Assembly (NCBI GenBank): GCA_020722965.1 | Contig: DYJT01000009.1 | Coordinates: forward strand, 28,755-67,197 | Reading direction: 5' to 3' | Source of the DNA: Brachyspira murdochii | Lineage (GTDB): Bacteria > Spirochaetota > JAAYUW01 | DNA: 38,443 nucleotides | Shown here: piece after piece, positions 36,508-38,443 of the stretch | Numbering within the stretch: position 1 is the stretch's first letter | Layout: every line of letters begins with the position of its first letter | Translations under genes and position numbers: made by a program | Notes under the pieces: generated by a model | What the model was told of the DNA's origin: nothing | Databases searched by the model: none | What the model saw: the letters and a program-made list of their open reading frames with translations, nothing else

Positions 36508-38443
36508 ATGAAAAATAGGTTTAAATTCTATATTTTATCTTTTTTATCGATATTATTCTTATTTTTTCTTTTCGATCTATACATATTCAGCCAAGATAAT
36601 TTTAGCCAGGAAAATCCGAATAGGCAGGTTACCAGTATTGAAGATATTAATTCTTTACAGGCTTTTAAAACTGGTATGATTAATTACAATTATGCTTTAT
36701 ATCAAAAAGCTATCTTTTATTTCAAAAAAGCCCTTTCTTATAAATCTAAAAATCTTCTTGCAAGATATATGCTTGGTTTTAGCTATTATAAAAGTGGTTT
36801 TCTTCAAAATGCCTTGTTCGAATGGGAAACATTAAAATCATTCGGGTTTAACGATAATCTTTTTTTGAATATGCTTGAAAGCATCTATTTTCAAGAAGGC
36901 AATTTTCAAAGCAAGATTTTAGCCAAAAATTTTACTATTTACCAGCAGATGAATGGTTTAACCCTATCCAAAAACTTTTTTCTATGGCCTATGGGAATGG
37001 ATATAAATAATAAAAATCAGATATTTTTAACGGGCCATAGATCCAACAATGTTCTTCTGGTTAAAAATGGCAAAGTTGACAGACCCTTAACACCTTTTGG
37101 TGTATCACTGGGTTATCCCTTCGATATTACCTTTGACAAAAAAGAAGATTATCTTTTCGTTTCGGATTATAAAAACGATGTCATTTATAAATTATCTTTA
37201 AATGGGAAAATACTCGCGAAGATAGGTTCAAAATTCAAAGATGACCAAAAATTAAATGGACCGGCTGGATTGGCATCTGACCTTTTTGGTAATATTTATG
37301 TGGTAGACCAGGGAAATAACCGTATTGTCAAAATAAACAGCGATGGTGAATTTGTCTTCTCTTTCGGTAAAATAGGTAAAGAACCTTCAGAATTTTATAA
37401 ACCTGTCGATATAGTTTTTATCCCGGAAAAGAATCAACTTCTGGTTTCAAATAGCTATAACAATAGGGTGGATATCTTCGATCCTTGGGGTAATTTTATT
37501 GAATCAATAGAATCACCTGAATTGATAGAACCCAGAGGTCTTTTTTACGCTGGAAATGATTACCTTTACATAGTATGTAAAAATGAAATCCTTGCCTATG
37601 ATTTTAATAATCAATCTATTAACAAAATATCTTTAGGTTCATCTGAATTATTTGAACCTTATTTTTGCCTGCTCGATAAAAATAGTAACCTTATTGTAAC
37701 CGAACCTTTTAAACAAAGAATAAGTTTTTTTATCCCTCAAGATGAATTATATTTAAATCTTGATGTTAAACTCGAAAGGCTTGACATTAGAAATTATCCT
37801 TTGATAATAGCCTACATTTCTGTAAAAGATCAATTTGGTAGAACCGTTTATGGACTTTCTGACGAAAATTTCACCTTCAATGAAAATGAATCGACGATAA
37901 AAAGGTTAAATTCTGATTATTCTTATCTTATAAACGATTATCCTGTTTTAAATTTAGTAATCGATACAAAAAGTTCCATGTATAATTATAGAGATAAGGT
38001 AAATGAAATAATTGAAAAACTATTATCTATTGATAATTCAATTTCTTATTCATACTATCTTACATCTTCTTATGAACAGGTAAAACCATTGAAAAAAGAC
38101 CTGCTTGCATTAAAAGAATTATTATCATCCAATAATACATATAAAGAAAACACTTTATTCGATCAGGTATTCTACTCTGCTGTTTCGGCATTTACTCAGA
38201 AATTTGTTAAGGGTGGTATAGTTCTTTTTACCGACGGGGAATTTAACAACAATTCTTTTTCAATTCATTCGCAAAACGATATAATAAATTACGCTAAAAA
38301 CAATTATATCCCTGTCTATATCTTTTATTTTGGCAGTGGATCTGGTAAGACTTTTTTAAAAGAGCTGGCCATGAAAACCAATGGCTACTTTTTCGAAGAT
38401 AATGAGCTATTTTATCCCGATCTTGCAGCTAAGTTTTTTAAGA
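36508..38443 (+). CDS. TPR + NHL beta-propeller + vWA-domain exported protein, runs off the window end (not in ORF track)
   Basis: ATG 36508, signal-like MKNRFKFYILSFLSILFLFF; TPR YQKAIFYFKKAL..ARYMLGFSYYKSG; NHL GPAGLASDLFGNIYVVDQGNNRIV; SVKDQFGRTVYGLSDENF; LVIDTKSSM and VLFTDG. Confidence 0.88.
   Translation, partial: MKNRFKFYILSFLSILFLFFLFDLYIFSQDNFSQENPNRQVTSIEDINSLQAFKTGMINYNYALYQKAIFYFKKALSYKSKNLLARYMLGFSYYKSGFLQNALFEWETLKSFGFNDNLFLNMLESIYFQEGNFQSKILAKNFTIYQQMNGLTLSKNFFLWPMGMDINNKNQIFLTGHRSNNVLLVKNGKVDRPLTPFGVSLGYPFDITFDKKEDYLFVSDYKNDVIYKLSLNGKILAKIGSKFKDDQKLNGPAGLASDLFGNIYVVDQGNNRIVKINSDGEFVFSFGKIGKEPSEFYKPVDIVFIPEKNQLLVSNSYNNRVDIFDPWGNFIESIESPELIEPRGLFYAGNDYLYIVCKNEILAYDFNNQSINKISLGSSELFEPYFCLLDKNSNLIVTEPFKQRISFFIPQDELYLNLDVKLERLDIRNYPLIIAYISVKDQFGRTVYGLSDENFTFNENESTIKRLNSDYSYLINDYPVLNLVIDTKSSMYNYRDKVNEIIEKLLSIDNSISYSYYLTSSYEQVKPLKKDLLALKELLSSNNTYKENTLFDQVFYSAVSAFTQKFVKGGIVLFTDGEFNNNSFSIHSQNDIINYAKNNYIPVYIFYFGSGSGKTFLKELAMKTNGYFFEDNELFYPDLAAKFFK

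Overview
AT-rich bacterial chromosomal window, standard genetic code, made up mostly of housekeeping and metabolic genes of a probable anaerobe. The TPR-NHL-vWA/PEGA pair and the BMP protein hint at a spirochaete-like lineage, but that is inference only. It holds an OmpR/BaeS-like two-component pair divergent from tldE-tldD and a DUF5685 gene, plus fhs, maoC, ssb, a REC-GGDEF-REC protein, mnmA and two NUDIX genes. It also has an SDR-ALDH-lipase-aminotransferase run, nfnAB, BMP, an SLT transglycosylase, MEMO, YkgJ, arcC, a PEGA protein and a 3'-truncated TPR/NHL/vWA gene missing from the ORF track. No tRNA, rRNA, CRISPR array, transposase or phage gene was seen. I cannot demonstrate a clear-cut new multi-gene system. 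The best candidates are: (i) a TCS / four-fold 11-bp PhoB-like repeat / tldE-tldD / 46-bp minisatellite / DUF5685 module; (ii) an exported protein of three copies of an unrecognised ~95-aa domain; (iii) a His kinase that lacks ATP-binding motifs. Also notable are two adjacent deletion-type pseudogenes (gapN and an unannotated DUF4349 lipoprotein), an exact 197-bp PEGA duplication and many intergenic micro-duplications. All family calls come from motif recognition by eye, not database searches.
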